Shown here piece after piece: positions 1 through 7,651 of a DNA stretch of 35,884 nucleotides. The notes below the pieces were generated by a model that saw only the letters and a program-made list of their open reading frames with translations, was not told the DNA's origin and made no database searches. Numbering within the stretch: position 1 is the stretch's first letter; every line of letters starts with the position of its first letter. The stretch spans positions 1 to 35,884 of the IMG/VR virus record IMGVR_UViG_3300035670_000716. One strand, given 5' to 3'. Origin of the DNA: a virus. Lineage: Duplodnaviria > Caudoviricetes. Both the position numbers and the translations under genes were made by a program.

Positions 1-55
1 CCCCGTTTCATCAGCGTTGCGGCGACCTGGCCCATAACGCTCGGTCGCCATAGGT
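1..55. repeat. Terminal direct repeat, left copy (circular assembly overlap)
   Basis: 1..55 matches 35830..35884 at 54/55 positions (A37 vs T35866), and an ORF reads through the junction. Confidence 0.95.
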
Positions 56-278
56 ACGTTTCGACTCCTGCCTGCTGAAGCGCATTGAGCCATTTCCTCT
101 GCGCCTCGGAAACTCTGCCTGTCTGAGTCTTCAGCTCTGCGATCACCATTCGTTCTCGCACAAGCACAAGATCAGGCCACCCCGGTTCAGAGCGGCGGCT
201 GTCGTAAGTGTGGTACGTCATCCATCCAAGACGCCTGGCGAGGCTCACAACCTGCGCCTGCCACTCCTTCTCTTTCAC
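1..278 (-). CDS. VRR-NUC domain nuclease, 5' part (continues across the junction to a TGA at 35814; about 97 aa)
   Basis: Manual translation MKEKEWQAQVVSLARRLGWMTYHTYDSRRSEPGWPDLVLVRERMVIAELKTQTGRVSEAQRKWLNALQQAGVETYLWRPS has the GxPDL...ELK...G..S..Q..W VRR-NUC motifs; absent from the ORF track. Confidence 0.85.
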   Translation of the reverse strand, partial: MKEKEWQAQVVSLARRLGWMTYHTYDSRRSEPGWPDLVLVRERMVIAELKTQTGRVSEAQRKWLNALQQAGVETYLWRPSVMGQVAATLMKR

Positions 279-349
279 CACCTGCTCCGCATGATCTCTC
301 GGATGACGAGAATGATCAGAAGGATTACCGCTGCCCACCAGATAATCAC
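275..349 (-). CDS. Small membrane peptide (24 aa, MIIWWAAVILLIILVIREIMRSRW)
   Basis: Fills the gap exactly, with GTGA start/stop overlaps at both ends; one hydrophobic helix and a basic tail. Confidence 0.55.
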   Translation of the reverse strand: MIIWWAAVILLIILVIREIMRSRW

Positions 350-813
350 CGTGCCCTCGCGATCACTCCCATGACCGTGGCGATGTTCACCCGGTGCCTG
401 TGTGCGGTGATGATTGCCCTGCTCTCATGCGGGATAGTGGCAAGCTCGCGCCATGTCTGTGCGATGCGCTCAGTCTCGGTCAGCGGAGGCTTGATTAGCT
501 CCTGAGGCTTCTTGGCCGGTGGCCGTGCCTTCGGGTTTGGCTTGTAGGTAACCCGATGTTGAGCTACACAGCGTGGATGCCCGCACGTCGCGTGGCCTGC
601 GCTCTTCGCTGGTTGATCGCCACAGATCGTGCACATATTCCTTCTCCGTGCACGATCCATGGCGACGATCTTGTATCGCCAGTAGTAGTTCGGCCTACCA
701 GGTCCGCCGCGCTCATGCAGCGCATGCCGTGCAGTCTTCAGAACGTGGTTGTGCGACATTCCGAGCATCCGAGCCGCCTCGGAGGTTGTGACGAAGCGTC
801 CGTCATTCTCCAT
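346..813 (-). CDS. HTH DNA-binding protein with Cys/His zinc-finger-like region
   Basis: N-terminal TTSEAARMLGMS is an excisionase/MerR-like HTH; CTIC...CGHPRC follows. Confidence 0.65.
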   Translation of the reverse strand: MENDGRFVTTSEAARMLGMSHNHVLKTARHALHERGGPGRPNYYWRYKIVAMDRARRRNMCTICGDQPAKSAGHATCGHPRCVAQHRVTYKPNPKARPPAKKPQELIKPPLTETERIAQTWRELATIPHESRAIITAHRHRVNIATVMGVIARAR

Positions 814-2104
814 TGAGCACCACCGCGAGTCGTGCGGCGATCCAGAAGGCCACAGTGCTCGTCACACCATTACCGCATGCTGCATACCTGCGCGAATCCG
901 GGGCGTGATCCTTCTTCCGCCACGGAATGTTCGTCCATCCATCTGGATAGCCCTGAAGTCGCTCGCACTCCAGAGGCGTCAGGCGACGCACTCGCGGCTG
1001 CTCGACGACCATGCCTGTGTAGTTCTCATGCCAACCCGGATCGTTGGCATTCGACTTCGTGATCGCTCCGACGACAGCGTGAGTTGTGCGTACATCGCCT
1101 ACATCGAACGTATTGAGCGTATTGGCGATGCCGTCATCTACCCATGTCTCAGGTGAATCAGGTCCGCTGACTCTTGCGCTCTTGCGGAAGGCAATGAGAT
1201 CGGTAGCCGACTTAGCCTGCCTCGCAACCTGAGTGGATGCGATCTCTTCCTCGTCGTAGGCCCCGGAAGCCTTCTGCTGGAACGTCTGGACTACCAGGTG
1301 CCCGCTTGCAGCGGACTCGGCGTCCATCCTCCAGCCGCGCCCCTGCGCTGCCATCAGCGTCCCTGCGATATCCGCAGTAGTGACGAGTATGTACGCCTGA
1401 CCCGAATGCGGTCCGTCCTTCGCCGCTAGGGTTCCGACGACTCGTCCCTCGCTGCCACTTCCCTCAGTGCCTTGTCCAGATCGGGCGGCAGCGAACGGCC
1501 ACGACGGCCCGCCCTCCGCAAGATGCCCGCTGCTGCTTTCGGTGAGAGCGAGTACCTCTCCGATGCGTCTGGCTGCAGAATGCTCACCAGCGATGGCGAG
1601 CACGAACACTCGTCTTCTCCGCTGTGGCACGCCGAAGTGCTGCGAGTCAAGAAGCCGGTAGGTCCACTCATACCCGCGCTCGGCCAACGCTTCCAAGACG
1701 ACGGCAAAGTCCCTTCCGCCATTTGAGCTAAAGAGACCCTCCACGTTCTCCAAGAGGACTGCGCTGGGTCGAAGAGCGTCGGTGACTCGCATGAACTCGT
1801 GGAAGAGTCCTGATCGCTCGCCTGCGAGCCCTTTCCGCTTGCCTGCGACCGACAGATCTTGGCATGGGAATCCTCCCGCGAGCAGATCGAGGCTTCCTCT
1901 GTCTGGGAGTCCTCCGGGGTCGCCTGCTCCTGCGACGGCTCGCACGTCGTCGTAGACAGTGACACCTGGCCACCTGTGATGCAGGACTGCTCTGCAGTAC
2001 TCGTCAATCTCTGCGAAGAACTCATGCCGGAATCCTGCCGAGGTGATTCCGATATCCATGCCTCCGACTCCTGAGAAGAGCGATCCGCATGTGAGGTCAT
2101 TCAT
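803..2104 (-). CDS. DNA (cytosine-5)-methyltransferase
   Basis: Motifs I SLFSGVGG, IV GFPCQDLS, VI ENV, VIII PQRRRRVF, IX RRLTPLECERLQGYP, X GNGV; start reset to ATG 2104 after GGAGG. Confidence 0.95.
   Translation of the reverse strand: MNDLTCGSLFSGVGGMDIGITSAGFRHEFFAEIDEYCRAVLHHRWPGVTVYDDVRAVAGAGDPGGLPDRGSLDLLAGGFPCQDLSVAGKRKGLAGERSGLFHEFMRVTDALRPSAVLLENVEGLFSSNGGRDFAVVLEALAERGYEWTYRLLDSQHFGVPQRRRRVFVLAIAGEHSAARRIGEVLALTESSSGHLAEGGPSWPFAAARSGQGTEGSGSEGRVVGTLAAKDGPHSGQAYILVTTADIAGTLMAAQGRGWRMDAESAASGHLVVQTFQQKASGAYDEEEIASTQVARQAKSATDLIAFRKSARVSGPDSPETWVDDGIANTLNTFDVGDVRTTHAVVGAITKSNANDPGWHENYTGMVVEQPRVRRLTPLECERLQGYPDGWTNIPWRKKDHAPDSRRYAACGNGVTSTVAFWIAARLAVVLNGE
1426..2100 (-). CDS. Overprinted alternative-frame ORF inside the MTase, resembling the M.EcoHK31I beta polypeptide
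   Basis: 224-codon open frame ending WPSAGM...SLVSILQ...YSLSPKAAAGILRRAGRRGRSLPPDL; its ATG is 7 nt after the same GGAGG. Confidence 0.65.
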   Translation of the reverse strand: MTSHADRSSQESEAWISESPRQDSGMSSSQRLTSTAEQSCITGGQVSLSTTTCEPSQEQATPEDSQTEEASICSREDSHAKICRSQASGKGSQASDQDSSTSSCESPTLFDPAQSSWRTWRVSLAQMAEGTLPSSWKRWPSAGMSGPTGFLTRSTSACHSGEDECSCSPSLVSILQPDASERYSLSPKAAAGILRRAGRRGRSLPPDLDKALREVAARDESSEP

Positions 2105-2133
2105 GTTCCTCCAATCAAGTCCCGGACGGATGC

Positions 2134-2147
2134 GGAAGTATGCCTCA
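2134..2147 (-). promoter_or_regulatory. Candidate early/middle promoter motif TGAGGCATACTTCC
   Basis: 12/14 identical to the intergenic motif at 6062..6075. Confidence 0.4.
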
Positions 2148-2582
2148 TTAGAAGCATCGCCAGGCTCCCCATGCCGTGATACCGAATCGGTCGCGAATTG
2201 CGTCACCGACGAGGATCGTTTCCCACTTGTCGCCGCTCCAGAGCTTGTAGGGACTGCCGGCCGCATACCAAGTCTGGCGAAAGACGCCGAGTCCACCTCC
2301 CCATGTGGGGCCAGGGTGATCCCATCGAACTCCGTCGCCGTACTTGCTCGGCCCCGGCTGCTCGCAGCGCCCCAGACGGACGAATCCTTGCCAATCCGGT
2401 ACGCGCTTCTCCACATCGCGCCTGGTGGGGCTAGGCGGGAAAGGCATCTTGTCTCGCTTGATCTGCTGCTTGTGTGCCTTGACGCATGCTGCCTTCGCCG
2501 CGCCCTCATGCTTATCGCACGGCTTGGCAGTCGCTGTCGTCGGCACTACTACGAGTGCGGCGAGGATCAATGCTGTCTTCAT
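2148..2582 (-). CDS. Secreted Rpf-like (resuscitation-promoting factor / lytic transglycosylase) protein
   Basis: Signal peptide MKTALILAALVVVPTTATA; RCE...W...GGGLG.F..TW...I....I....G..AW...C matches the Rpf lysozyme-like pattern with its catalytic Glu; ATGA overlap with the upstream gene. Confidence 0.7.
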   Translation of the reverse strand: MKTALILAALVVVPTTATAKPCDKHEGAAKAACVKAHKQQIKRDKMPFPPSPTRRDVEKRVPDWQGFVRLGRCEQPGPSKYGDGVRWDHPGPTWGGGLGVFRQTWYAAGSPYKLWSGDKWETILVGDAIRDRFGITAWGAWRCF

Positions 2583-2932
2583 GCTGATGCTCCCTGTCGT
2601 GATTCGTGCGTGCACCGGAACGATCTCCAGACCGTGACCGGCCTCAGATGGCATTCGGGACGCCTGCTGCGCTTGTAGTTGTCGGTGCTCGTGCAGATGC
2701 CCTGCTTCACTGCCCATCGCATGACTGCCCCGAGCGCACGCCCGTCATTCCTCAGCTCGATAGCCCACTCATCAAGCGTTGCCCATACGTCGTCAGTCGT
2801 GAACTCCTGCTTGGACTCGGCTACATGGAGTACCGCGCACCTTGCCTGCTCCAGCCATAGCGGGTGAGCGCCGCGCTCCACGCGGTCCAGCGCCTCTTCC
2901 AGCCTCATCTGCCCCTCGTCATGGGCATTCAT
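2579..2932 (-). CDS. Hypothetical phage protein (possible winged helix)
   Basis: AGGAG RBS before ATG 2932; FTTDDVW...RALGAVM...VWRS pattern. Confidence 0.65.
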   Translation of the reverse strand: MNAHDEGQMRLEEALDRVERGAHPLWLEQARCAVLHVAESKQEFTTDDVWATLDEWAIELRNDGRALGAVMRWAVKQGICTSTDNYKRSRRPECHLRPVTVWRSFRCTHESRQGASA

Positions 2933-2940
2933 TGCTGCTC

Positions 2941-3162
2941 CTATCTCGTCAGGTAGCCGACGCCTCTGCACCATGTGCAGTAATCCGGGAACCATCTGCT
3001 CTGCTCGCCCCGGTTGGCATCGCCCACGATCAGCCACATCTGATGACCCTCTCCCTCACAGGCGGGGCATGGACGGCGCATGTGTAGTGCTGCCGTCTGC
3101 CGCCACGCCTGCCACGATGAAACCTGCAAGACAGATCCATCGCGCTTAGTGATGCGAAGCAT
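2941..3162 (-). CDS. Small DnaJ-type zinc-finger protein
   Basis: Two CxxCxGxG motifs: CPACEGEG and CTWCRGVG. Confidence 0.6.
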   Translation of the reverse strand: MLRITKRDGSVLQVSSWQAWRQTAALHMRRPCPACEGEGHQMWLIVGDANRGEQSRWFPDYCTWCRGVGYLTR

Positions 3163-3166
3163 CGCC

Positions 3167-4024
3167 CTACCAGGCCACTCCAGCCGCAGCGCGGCTCTCG
3201 TAAGCCTTGTCATCCAGAGTCGCATCATCCCTGCCTGCCATGCACCGTGAGTAATACCCGCACCAGCGGGCCGAGCAGTGCCAACCCTGCTGATTCCTCG
3301 GCCAGACACCGAGCGCCATTCCTGCGGCTACTCCGACGACCGTAGAGCAGGTGCGCTCTTGCTGAGACTCAGGATCGTCGTTTGGGATCAACGACTCCAC
3401 AACCTCAGTGCCTGCCTTCTTGTCCACTAGGTGAACGTAGCGGACGGGCATAGAGGTCATCGTCTGATAGATCTGCGTCTGGATTGAGCTGACGAGATCG
3501 GATTGAGAAGGACTGCGCGAGGCCGTCTTCCAGTCAATCACCGTGTCCTCGGTGATTACGTCCAGCCGCCCGGTAACAGGGATGCCGGCAAGGTCGGTGT
3601 TGATCGTTGATTCCACATCCACAGGCATCACGTTAGGCGCTGCCTCTGACGCCCATGTGCGAGCGATACGCGCAGACTTGTCTGCCACCTCTCCGATCTG
3701 CTCGTCGTCGTTGAGGATCACCTCTTCTGCCTCCGCCGTCTTGGTGACGTATTCGTAGGCGATCGTTGCGCTCTCTTCCGGGTCAGGGTTGTTCTGCGTG
3801 GCGAGCTTATCCAGCATGCCCTGCTCTGCTGCCGCGTGAACTCCTGATCCATTGACGAGAGCGCCATTGGGCGGGATCTTCACTCCGAGTACGTAACGGT
3901 AGGCCCACTGCCTTGGACACCGCTGGTACATTCCGATCTGTGACGCGCTGACATGGCGCAACCCGATCAGCTCCATGCTTGCTCGGATGCGCTCCACTTT
4001 CTCGTCGGGGAATATCTCGCTCAT
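3167..4024 (-). CDS. Cas4/RecB-like PD-(D/E)XK exonuclease
   Basis: SASQ...CPR, GRLD...IDWKT and a C-terminal CSARWC...C Fe-S cysteine cluster. Confidence 0.85.
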   Translation of the reverse strand: MSEIFPDEKVERIRASMELIGLRHVSASQIGMYQRCPRQWAYRYVLGVKIPPNGALVNGSGVHAAAEQGMLDKLATQNNPDPEESATIAYEYVTKTAEAEEVILNDDEQIGEVADKSARIARTWASEAAPNVMPVDVESTINTDLAGIPVTGRLDVITEDTVIDWKTASRSPSQSDLVSSIQTQIYQTMTSMPVRYVHLVDKKAGTEVVESLIPNDDPESQQERTCSTVVGVAAGMALGVWPRNQQGWHCSARWCGYYSRCMAGRDDATLDDKAYESRAAAGVAW

Positions 4025-4305
4025 CAGTTGCTCCTTGTGAGTGACTGCGCCGCTTGGACTGCGGCATCGCGTGTTGGGAACTCGTTGAAGTTGAAGCAGG
4101 TGCTGATCGTGCCGTCAGGCGCGGCCTCGCGTACTGACCACATACGCGGCAGACCTGGCCCCTGTTCGGAGGTCACGAAGTAGCGACCGCCATAGATCGT
4201 CGTGCCGATGCGCGAGCCGAAGAATCTGAGCGTGCTCGGATCAAACCAATGCTGGCCGGTCCTCTCATTCGCCTCGCGGATCTGCTCCATGGATTCCCAG
4301 TTCAC
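4024..4305 (-). CDS. Hypothetical phage protein
   Basis: Coupled to both neighbours; HWF...LRFFGSRI...YFVTSE. Confidence 0.7.
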   Translation of the reverse strand: MNWESMEQIREANERTGQHWFDPSTLRFFGSRIGTTIYGGRYFVTSEQGPGLPRMWSVREAAPDGTISTCFNFNEFPTRDAAVQAAQSLTRSN

Positions 4306-4748
4306 TTCTTCCTCCTACCGGGTGGATTGGGGATGAACCCTGCCCTTCTGATGGCCTCGGACCACTTGCCGAACCTGTTCTGAACCATTGATGCGGTCGG
4401 ATGGTCTCCGCGACCGTTCGTGCGCCATTCAGCAGAACCTGGTGGCCTTCCATGCTCGCGATGCCAACGTCGGATCGCTTCGATGATTGCTTCCTGAGTC
4501 CATCTGGCCTGCAGCTTCAGATGCGCTGTAGAGCACTGCTGGCACCGCTTGCGCTGATTCGCATAGCCACCGCTGCCGTCAGTCCTCCTACCGCAGTCGC
4601 GGCACTTGGCTCCGTAGCGAGCGCGACGCATCTTCTGACTGAACCGCTTCCACTGCTTGCTGCATGCCTCGCAGCATGTGATCGCCTTACCACCGCGTAT
4701 AGAACGATCAATCTCGCCCTTACAGACGGCGCACTGCTCGACTCTCAT
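4302..4748 (-). CDS. Zinc-finger protein with a homing-endonuclease-associated-repeat-like helical domain
   Basis: Several CxxC pairs, then WTQEAIIEAIRRW...GRPP...RFGKWSEAIRRAG. Confidence 0.65.
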   Translation of the reverse strand: MRVEQCAVCKGEIDRSIRGGKAITCCEACSKQWKRFSQKMRRARYGAKCRDCGRRTDGSGGYANQRKRCQQCSTAHLKLQARWTQEAIIEAIRRWHREHGRPPGSAEWRTNGRGDHPTASMVQNRFGKWSEAIRRAGFIPNPPGRRKK

Positions 4749-5089
4749 GCGTCGCCTCCTGTCTCTGGATGCGGAGAGTGGAACTCTTGCGAGTCGTCCT
4801 CTGCCGGCATGACGAGATCGGGACCGCCGAAGACTGCCTCAATCTCACGATCATTCTCGTACCGGCTAGGGCATGAGAAGTCGCACCCGCTCCCATCGTG
4901 ACCTGCCCCGCAGTCTGGGCAAGAAGCGAAGCGAATGTCCGTGTTCTCGTCCTCGCGCATGATGCTCATGGCTCGGCGGATTCCCTCCGCGATCCCCCGG
5001 TGATACGAGGCATCGTCCTGTATGTCCTGCGCTATCGCATCGTGATTGCGTGCGATGTGCACCAGGTAGTCATCCAGCGGCTCAGGCAT
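4745..5089 (-). CDS. Hypothetical protein (CxxC...CxxxC)
   Basis: Overlap-coupled ORF within the operon. Confidence 0.6.
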   Translation of the reverse strand: MPEPLDDYLVHIARNHDAIAQDIQDDASYHRGIAEGIRRAMSIMREDENTDIRFASCPDCGAGHDGSGCDFSCPSRYENDREIEAVFGGPDLVMPAEDDSQEFHSPHPETGGDA

Positions 5090-5300
5090 CTTCTGCCTCC
5101 GAACGTGAGAACAGATCGTGCGCGTGCTTCAGATGCACGGTTGCTGCCTCGGACATGGCGAGAGCCATGAAGACCTTTCCCGAGGTAGTACCTGTGCGCT
5201 TCATGCTGACGATCTCCCTCAGCGCACGCTCGCTGTTGTCCTGAGCGATCTGAAGATGCTCTGCTGCCTTATGCCGAAGCCCGAGACTGCGAGTGGTCAC
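5082..5300 (-). CDS. Hypothetical protein
   Basis: Overlap-coupled, helical ORF. Confidence 0.55.
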   Translation of the reverse strand: MTTRSLGLRHKAAEHLQIAQDNSERALREIVSMKRTGTTSGKVFMALAMSEAATVHLKHAHDLFSRSEAEDA

Positions 5301-5890
5301 GACTGCGCCCCTTCTGTCAGGGACTTCTTGATCTCCGAGAGCTTGTCCTCGGTGAGATCGCCATACTTCTTGATGTCGTGCAGAGCGAAGATGGACTTCA
5401 CTACGTCATCGCCATATGTCTTCTTCAGCGAGTCAGTCTCCTTCTTCGCATCGAATCCCGACTCAGGCTTCTGCTCTCCGTCCCACTCGCCCTTCGACCA
5501 CAAGCCGCCCGCAACTCCGAAGCGCATCGCCCCGTTGCGGATAGCGTCACCGATCAACTCCTTGACGGCATCGCGCTTGCCAGGCTCGCATGAGCCGTAA
5601 GCGGGGCGCTCTACTCCGCAGACATTGATCCAGATCCACATACCGATCGGGTGACCGTTGCTATCCCTATCGAGGATCGGGAGTCCGTTCTCGTCGTGAG
5701 CCATCGGAGTCCATGTCCACTCAGGGTCAGTCTCGGACAGTGCGCGAGTCGTATCCGCGTGGCCGAGATACGAGAGCTTGGTACCGCCACGCGGCAGCGT
5801 CTGGATCAGGTGCTGCGGTGGGTCCCACCATTCGTGCATCAGATCCAGCAGCAGTTCGCGCTTCTTGGCCTGCTCAATCTCGTCAGTCAT
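5297..5890 (-). CDS. Rad52/Sak-like single-strand annealing protein
   Basis: LSYLGHA...DPEWTW...KELIGDAIRNGAMRFGVA..LW; GGAGG RBS. Confidence 0.8.
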   Translation of the reverse strand: MTDEIEQAKKRELLLDLMHEWWDPPQHLIQTLPRGGTKLSYLGHADTTRALSETDPEWTWTPMAHDENGLPILDRDSNGHPIGMWIWINVCGVERPAYGSCEPGKRDAVKELIGDAIRNGAMRFGVAGGLWSKGEWDGEQKPESGFDAKKETDSLKKTYGDDVVKSIFALHDIKKYGDLTEDKLSEIKKSLTEGAQS

Positions 5891-5899
5891 CTTCGCCTC

Positions 5900-6031
5900 C
5901 TAGACGAATGCGTGAGCGGCTGCCCCGGTGAGGTAGCCGACAACGGTTGCCGTAATCCATGCGATCGTCAGGACGAAGACCGCATAGCCGATCCAGCGAG
6001 CGACCACCTGGCCGCTGCTCTGCTTCTTCAT
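5900..6031 (-). CDS. Small membrane protein (43 aa)
   Basis: Manual translation MKKQSSGQVVARWIGYAVFVLTIAWITATVVGYLTGAAAHAFV; AAAGGAG RBS; absent from the ORF track. Confidence 0.7.
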   Translation of the reverse strand: MKKQSSGQVVARWIGYAVFVLTIAWITATVVGYLTGAAAHAFV

Positions 6032-6061
6032 GCCCACTCCTTTCGGACGTAGTAGGGCAGA

Positions 6062-6075
6062 GGAAGTATCCATCA
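6062..6075 (-). promoter_or_regulatory. Candidate early/middle promoter motif TGATGGATACTTCC
   Basis: Intergenic, heads the recombination operon; near-identical copy at 2134..2147. Confidence 0.4.
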
Positions 6076-6127
6076 GCGCAGCTGGAGATCCTGCGCCTGC
6101 GCCTGGCGGAAAGTCGCTCTTAGCGGA

Positions 6128-7153
6128 CTAATCCAGCCAGATCAGGTACTCGGCAGTGACCATTCCCTTGCCGGGGTCAACGAAATGGAGTCTCTGAGCT
6201 GGCCTGCCCCTCGCCGCTACGAACTCGCGTGCATACTCGCTACCTGACTCAGTAGAGGGAGTGACGAATACCCTTCCGCCATTCGCCAGGTTGAGGCTGA
6301 GAGGCTGATGGAAGTGCCCCATGTATGCGTCAGTCCACGGCTCTGTCACGCCCGAAGACCATGCGAGGCATTTCCGAACGATGCCATGTGCCGGGGTGTT
6401 CCCGCCGAATGAGCGGATCTGATCGCCGTGTGTGAGGAAGCACGCATACTCACCGATCTTGATTAGCTCATACCATGAATCCGGCACTCGCCACTCCAGC
6501 CGGTCCTGCTCCGCCAGGCGCTCGCGTGCGATCCTTCCGACTATGCGATCCCAGTTCGTCTCGCGTTCGTAGTCCACGGACTGCTGCCCCTTGCCTCGGC
6601 CGATGCGTCCGTGATTGCCGGCGACCTCATAGACGCGCACAGTCTGGAAGTTCTCCAGCAGCGAGAGCAGCATGGATTCGATCAGGGATGACGCTGCGAA
6701 GACCTGAGAGAACGTGGACGAATCCACCTCCCAGGCCTGTTGAGAGAAGATCGCCGTGTTCTCTACGAGATCGCCTCCGAGCATCACCACGCACTCACTG
6801 ACCGGATGCGCTGCTCGCTGTATCTCCGTGAGCTTGACGACCTTCTCAGTCATCTTCATCACGCGATCTCGGCAGACTTCAGAGGAATACGACTCGCTGA
6901 CCTTGCCGAGTTGCCAGTCAGTCGTGTGGAGTAGTGCGACTTCCCCCGGCGGCTTCTTCTTGTCCTTGGCGATCTTGACCGGCTTCGGAGTGCCTACGAT
7001 CACAGCCGCATCCTTCGCACCCTCGTAGACCGCATCTACAAGATCGGCAGTCTTCGCCTTCGCATTGGCAAGCTGCCTCTGAAGCCGAGTGCATAGCTTC
7101 TCCAGATCCTCTATTCGCCGCTGTTGCTCAATCTCGTCACCGAGTGCAGGCAC
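6128..7153 (-). CDS. Calcineurin-like metallophosphoesterase with N-terminal coiled coil
   Basis: TDWQ, GGDLVE, GNHG, HGD and GHFH motifs; start reset to GTG 7153. Confidence 0.85.
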   Translation of the reverse strand: MPALGDEIEQQRRIEDLEKLCTRLQRQLANAKAKTADLVDAVYEGAKDAAVIVGTPKPVKIAKDKKKPPGEVALLHTTDWQLGKVSESYSSEVCRDRVMKMTEKVVKLTEIQRAAHPVSECVVMLGGDLVENTAIFSQQAWEVDSSTFSQVFAASSLIESMLLSLLENFQTVRVYEVAGNHGRIGRGKGQQSVDYERETNWDRIVGRIARERLAEQDRLEWRVPDSWYELIKIGEYACFLTHGDQIRSFGGNTPAHGIVRKCLAWSSGVTEPWTDAYMGHFHQPLSLNLANGGRVFVTPSTESGSEYAREFVAARGRPAQRLHFVDPGKGMVTAEYLIWLD

Positions 7154-7367
7154 AGCGCCCCTTCCTGTGCAGAGCCAGGCGCTTATCGTGCATGTCATAG
7201 CCGCGTGCGACGAGAACCCGAGTGATAGCCGTGTGCGGAATACCGGGATCATCCATCGCCTGGCGAAGATCGTCGGCGTCCTTCTTCTCCATCGAATCAA
7301 GCAGTTCGGCTATTGAGCAGTGACGCACTACGACGCTCTCTGCTCTTATGTCGTCAAGCAGACCCAA
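7137..7367 (-). CDS. Small putative metal-binding protein upstream of the metallophosphoesterase
   Basis: C...HRKGRCAC; overlaps the phosphoesterase start. Confidence 0.65.
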   Translation of the reverse strand: MGLLDDIRAESVVVRHCSIAELLDSMEKKDADDLRQAMDDPGIPHTAITRVLVARGYDMHDKRLALHRKGRCACTR

Positions 7368-7643
7368 TCAAGGTTCCACGTCAGTCGGCTCGTCAGGCAG
7401 CTCGTCCACGAACAGATCTGACTCGCTCGGTGCGCTCTTGACTACCTGAGCCACGGCCTGCGCCATGCGACCGATCACCACAGCCACGCCCAGAATCGCT
7501 CCCATGACAACCCATACCTGACCGGACACGCCGAGCGGTGCTGCTGCATCGCTGAGTTCACCGATAAGTGGGATCACCACGCCGGCAGCTGCTCCGATGG
7601 TGCCCAGCCAGGTTGCGAAGCCAATGCTGATCTTGGTGCCCAC
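7368..7643 (-). CDS. Holin
   Basis: Two TM segments and an acidic tail, directly after the endolysin; AGGAG RBS before GTG 7643. Confidence 0.7.
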   Translation of the reverse strand: MGTKISIGFATWLGTIGAAAGVVIPLIGELSDAAAPLGVSGQVWVVMGAILGVAVVIGRMAQAVAQVVKSAPSESDLFVDELPDEPTDVEP

Positions 7644-7651
7644 AGTCTCTC

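Noticed and set aside
2105-2509. 135-aa N-terminal extension of the MTase in the ORF track
   Set aside because: Overlaps the Rpf-like gene in another frame; a GGAGG RBS and motif I place the start at 2104
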